NCBI GenBank assembly: GCA_964576115.1
Contig: CAZNUA010000015.1
Coordinates: 51,179 to 71,178 of the forward strand
From: an uncultured Gemmatimonadota bacterium
Lineage (GTDB): Bacteria > Blakebacterota > Blakebacteria > Blakebacterales > Blakebacteraceae
Direction: 5' to 3'
DNA length: 20,000 bases
Notes under the pieces: model-generated
Seen by the model: only the letters and a program-made list of their open reading frames with translations
The model's database searches: none
Told to the model about the DNA's origin: nothing
Program-made: the position numbers and the translations under genes
Shown here: piece by piece, positions 16,947 through 20,000 of the stretch
Position numbering within the stretch: the first letter of the stretch is position 1
Layout of the letters: every line of letters begins with the position of its first letter

Positions 16947-17827
16947 GGGTTGTCTCCCTCATAGCGGCCGGTGCCCGGCGCGGCCTCTCCGACCTCAACC
17001 ACGACCGGCGTTCCCCGCTCGACTCCGAGAATCTGGGCTGCACTGCCGCCGTTGACGGCGATCTCGAGCAGGCCCCCGCTCCCTTCGATCACCGCCGCCT
17101 CACCGCGTGGTACGGCCGAGTAGGAACCGCGCAGCCCGGTAACGCGCAGGGGCCCGGCTTCGGGCTCGAGCACGAGAGTCAGCGGCGCCTGCTGATCGAG
17201 AACCGCTTCGGGCAGGATCCCCGCCTCGATGGTGGTGATGCAGTTACCGAAGGTGTCGATGTGGACGATACGTCCCTCGCTCTTTTTCTCCCCCGGCTGG
17301 CGGAGCAGTTCCAGAACCGGTCCCCCCTCGAGTTCCCCCTCCGGTTCGAAACCGGGATCGAGTTCGGAGCCGAGTTCGGCCGGATCGACGCCCCGGGCCA
17401 GGAAGGCCCCGACCGGGGCGAAGATGTCCCGGCCGTGGAAGGTGGCGCTGACCGGATCGAGGTGAAAACGTTCGTCCTCCAGACTCCAGGCTCCGACATC
17501 TTCACCCGCCTCTTCGAGCTCGCGCAGCACCCAGGCGAGCACCCCGTTGTCCGGAGCCACGAAGAACTGCCCCACCCCCCTGACCGCGATCGCCTTGCGG
17601 CGCCCTCCCACGCCGGGATCAACGACCGCCACATGGACGGTCCCCGGCGGGAAATAGAGCCAGGCGTTGCGGAGCACATAGGCGGCATGCACGATGTCGC
17701 CCGGCGGGATACCGTGAGCCAGATCGATGATGCCCGCCTCGGGAGCGATGCCGTGGATCACTCCCTTCATCACGCCGGTGAAACCGTCGGCATCGCGGAA
17801 GTCGGTCGTCAGAGTGATGACAGGCAT
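16943..17827 (-). CDS. DUF62 / SAM hydroxide adenosyltransferase (SAM hydrolase; fluorinase/chlorinase superfamily)
   Basis: MPVITLTTDF, MKGVI, IDLAH, VHVAVVDPGVGGRRK, APDNG, SATFHGRDIFAP, IDTFGN, LEIAVNGGSA. The Asp-Arg-His hydrolase residues are present. Family-typical start at ATG 17827 rather than 18058. Confidence 0.92.
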   Translation of the reverse strand: MPVITLTTDFRDADGFTGVMKGVIHGIAPEAGIIDLAHGIPPGDIVHAAYVLRNAWLYFPPGTVHVAVVDPGVGGRRKAIAVRGVGQFFVAPDNGVLAWVLRELEEAGEDVGAWSLEDERFHLDPVSATFHGRDIFAPVGAFLARGVDPAELGSELDPGFEPEGELEGGPVLELLRQPGEKKSEGRIVHIDTFGNCITTIEAGILPEAVLDQQAPLTLVLEPEAGPLRVTGLRGSYSAVPRGEAAVIEGSGGLLEIAVNGGSAAQILGVERGTPVVVEVGEAAPGTGRYEGDNP

Positions 17828-17851
17828 GAAGCACCGGTCCGGAACGGGTTT

Positions 17852-17901
17852 AAAAAAGAAGAGCCGGGAACGCCGCCAGTGTACCGACGGCGCCCCGGCC
17901 C
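17852..17901 (-). terminator. Strong intrinsic terminator ending 24 nt upstream of the DUF62 start codon
   Basis: Minus strand GGGCCGGG-GCGCCGTCGG-TACA-CTGGCGGCGT-T-CCCGGCTC then TTCTTTTTT: 18-bp stem including G-U pairs, one bulge, 4-nt loop, U-tract. Confidence 0.8.
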
Positions 17902-17963
17902 CTGCAAGTCCCGCCCTGCTGTGGGGTGACAGGACCGGACACATGCACATCTGTAAGGTCGCA
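17852..17963 (-). ncRNA. Putative ~110-nt sigma54-dependent small RNA or structured leader
   Basis: Bounded by the sigma54 motif (predicted start about 17963) and the terminator; internal hairpin GTCCTGTC-ACCCCACAGCAG-GGCGGGAC. Inferred; not matched to any family I recognise. Confidence 0.45.
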
Positions 17964-17974
17964 GAAAGACAAGC

Positions 17975-17990
17975 GCACATATCATGCCAA
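17975..17990 (-). promoter_or_regulatory. Sigma54 (RpoN) -24/-12 promoter
   Basis: Minus strand TTGGCATGATATGTGC versus consensus YTGGCACG-N4-TTGC: exact GG-N10-GC spacing with two mismatches, in an intergenic region. Confidence 0.65.
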
Positions 17991-18233
17991 TTGTCGGGGG
18001 CGGTGATCCAGCCACAGCAGAATTTCTCTATCTCATTGTTTCTGAACAAGATAGCCATTCATGCCGCTGACCATCCAGGCACCCGGCCGGATCCGATACG
18101 TGTCGTGAAATCCCTTCGCCGTGTCATTCGGACACATTAGGGGGCCACAATATGTCGTCCCCTGACACACACCGGAGCCCAACGCAAGCCTGCATTTATC
18201 GGGTGGCCGACTATCTTTCAGCGGTAGGAGCCT

Positions 18234-19256
18234 GTGCAAGGGAGGCACCCCGTGAAGGCATCCGCCCGGGTCGAGAGCGGTGCACCCGCGCTGCACGACA
18301 TCATCTGGCTGATCTACTGCCTCGTCATCCTGGCCCTGCTGATTGTTCCGGGCGCCGGATTCGGGCGGGTCGAGCACGCCGGGAGCCTGATCGGGGTGCA
18401 CCTGGCGATCCTGGCGGCCGGCCTGGGGGCCCGCTTCGGACCCCGCCTGCGGGATAATCCGCTGACCCGCTTCCTGCGCTGGTGGTACCCGACACTCATG
18501 ATTCTCTTCTGCTTCGAAGCCCTCGGGCACATGATTCACATCATCCGTCCCGAGTTGATCGACGACTGGCTCATGCGGGCCGACCGGTTCGTCTTCGGCG
18601 CCTGGCCCACCCTGGTGCTGCAGCGCCTGGCCCGGCCCTGGCTCACCGAACTGAGCTACATCTGCTATACCTCGTTTTACCTGTATATCCCGGCGGTCGG
18701 GCTGCCCCTCTGGCTGCGGGCGCAGCGGACCCGCTCGCAGGTGGGTTCGTCACACGGCTCGGTTCAGGATACCGGTCCGCTCCCGGATGCAGGGCCCGAA
18801 TCCGGATCGGGCCCGGGGATCGCCGGCTCACCCTTCGCCGAGTTCATGGCCGCCGTCACCCTCGTGATGTACGGCTGCTTCCTGCACTTCCTGCTCACTC
18901 CGGGCGGCGGCCCCGTCTTCTGGCCCGCCTATCCCGGCGAGGTCCTCCACCTGACGGGGGGACCGGTCACGGCTCTGGAGCAGTGGCTTTTCGACAACGG
19001 GACGATCGTGGGGGGCGCCTTCCCCTCGAGCCATGTGGCCCTGGCGGTAACGGCTGCTTTCTACGCCGTCCGGCACCGGATCGTGCCCTGGCTCTTCATA
19101 CCACTCACCATCGGACTCGGTCTCAGTACCATGTACAACGGCTATCACTACGGGGTGGACGTGCTCTACGGCCTGGTCGTGGCGGTGGTGGTGATCGTTC
19201 TGACCCCCCGCCTCATGACCTGGTGGGAGAAATCATTCGAATCGGATCCCGAGTAG
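18234..19256 (+). CDS. PAP2-superfamily membrane enzyme (phosphatase, or AUR1/IPC-synthase-like phosphotransferase)
   Basis: Multiple TM helices, WYP, D..LMRAD..VFG, TE.SYICY.SFY, P..GP, GAFPSSHVA, YHYGVDV. Start is GTG 18234 (AGGAG) or GTG 18252 (GGGAGG). Confidence 0.87.
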   Translation: MQGRHPVKASARVESGAPALHDIIWLIYCLVILALLIVPGAGFGRVEHAGSLIGVHLAILAAGLGARFGPRLRDNPLTRFLRWWYPTLMILFCFEALGHMIHIIRPELIDDWLMRADRFVFGAWPTLVLQRLARPWLTELSYICYTSFYLYIPAVGLPLWLRAQRTRSQVGSSHGSVQDTGPLPDAGPESGSGPGIAGSPFAEFMAAVTLVMYGCFLHFLLTPGGGPVFWPAYPGEVLHLTGGPVTALEQWLFDNGTIVGGAFPSSHVALAVTAAFYAVRHRIVPWLFIPLTIGLGLSTMYNGYHYGVDVLYGLVVAVVVIVLTPRLMTWWEKSFESDPE

Positions 19257-20000
19257 CCCGCCGACAGTGCGCCGGTAGATCTCGCCCAGAGCTCCGAGAG
19301 CCGCCACATCGACGTACTCGTCGGCGGCATGCGCTCCGGCTCCGGTCGGTCCCAGAATCACCATCGGAATTCCCAGCTTGCGGAACCAGCGGGCGTCGGT
19401 GGCCCCGCCCCAGTCGGTATAGAGCGGCGGGCGGTACCCGAGAACGGCCTCGGTTCCCTGCCAGAGAGCTTCGACCAGGGGCTCGCCGGCGTCGGTCATG
19501 TTGGCCGGCACGGTCGGGGCCAGGTCCTCGTCGTCGGTCAGCAGTTCGTATGAGACCGGAATCGTGCGCCCGTCGGGCAGGGTCTCCTCCAGGGCGTCGA
19601 GGGCGGCCCTGATCTCCGCTTCCACACTTTCGGGTGTTTCCCCCGGCACTGTCCGCCGATCCACGAAGACGGTACAGGAGGCCGGGACCTGGTTGTTGGA
19701 GGAACCGGCCTCGATACGGTTGACGCTCAGGACGGGAAAGCCGACCGCAGGGTGAAAGGCATCGATGTGTTTTTCCAGGGCCAGCACTCCCCGGCTGGCC
19801 GCGGCGATGGCGTTCAGACCGTCCACCCGGGCCCGGGCAGTGTGGGCCGAGCGGCCGGTGAAGCGGATGCGGAACTGAAAGATCCCCCGCTCGGCGACCC
19901 GCACGTGAAACCAGGACAGCTCGCCGGCGATGATGCCGTCGGGCCGGGGCAGCGTGCCCGCTTCGATCGCCCGCGACACGGCTCCCGAGCCCCGGGCGCC
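19233..20000 (-). CDS. M20-family metallopeptidase/deacylase (ArgE/DapE-like); 5' end lies outside the window
   Basis: Frame is open to the window edge (GARGSGAVSR...). IIAGE, AERG, GRSAHTA, GLNAI, NQVPASC, DRRTVPGE, GGATDARWF, LGP.G.GAHAADEYV. 24-bp convergent overlap with the PAP2 gene. Confidence 0.88.
   Translation of the reverse strand, partial: GARGSGAVSRAIEAGTLPRPDGIIAGELSWFHVRVAERGIFQFRIRFTGRSAHTARARVDGLNAIAAASRGVLALEKHIDAFHPAVGFPVLSVNRIEAGSSNNQVPASCTVFVDRRTVPGETPESVEAEIRAALDALEETLPDGRTIPVSYELLTDDEDLAPTVPANMTDAGEPLVEALWQGTEAVLGYRPPLYTDWGGATDARWFRKLGIPMVILGPTGAGAHAADEYVDVAALGALGEIYRRTVGGLLGIRFE

Noticed and set aside
16943-17827. Fluorinase/chlorinase call, tempting given the CLC gene in the same window
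   Set aside because: The DPGVG..R and TFHGRD motifs mark the hydrolase (DUF62) branch; the CLC is 10 kb away and lacks the GNNLI/GREGT fluoride-exporter motifs.
17828-18058. 77-codon N-terminal extension of the DUF62 ORF in the track
   Set aside because: The family begins at MPVITLTTDF; the extension spans a promoter motif and a terminator and has no RBS.
1-20000. CRISPR arrays, tRNA/rRNA, IS elements, prophage or defence genes
   Set aside because: No regularly spaced repeats, cloverleafs, or transposase/integrase/nuclease motifs seen; nearly all of the sequence is explained by the genes listed.

Overview
High-GC bacterial chromosomal segment, densely coding, with no mobile element, CRISPR array, tRNA or rRNA that I can see. 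In order: a znuABC-like metal ABC operon (-, permease cut by the left edge); a D-cysteine desulfhydrase-family PLP enzyme (+); a Tat-signal class-V PLP enzyme (-); a Nim/PNPOx-like protein coupled to a CLC-CBS-RCK_C anion transporter (+); a small DUF1858-like CxxC protein (-); a secreted S9 peptidase, a hypothetical exported beta protein, a membrane PAS-DHp protein with no ATPase domain, a TPR lipoprotein, a LonC-like protease and ilvE (all +, ending at an intrinsic terminator); an Asp/Glu racemase and its upstream coupled DUF62 SAM hydrolase (-); a PAP2-family membrane enzyme (+); and an M20 peptidase (-, cut by the right edge). The most notable non-coding signal is in the ~400 bp gap at 17828-18233. 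On the minus strand it holds a near-consensus sigma54 promoter, phased palindromes 140-200 bp upstream, and a predicted ~110-nt structured transcript ending in a strong intrinsic terminator just before the SAM hydrolase gene. This is either an unannotated sigma54-dependent sRNA or an attenuator/riboswitch-like leader. All family calls come from motif recognition by eye; no searches or folding programs were run.
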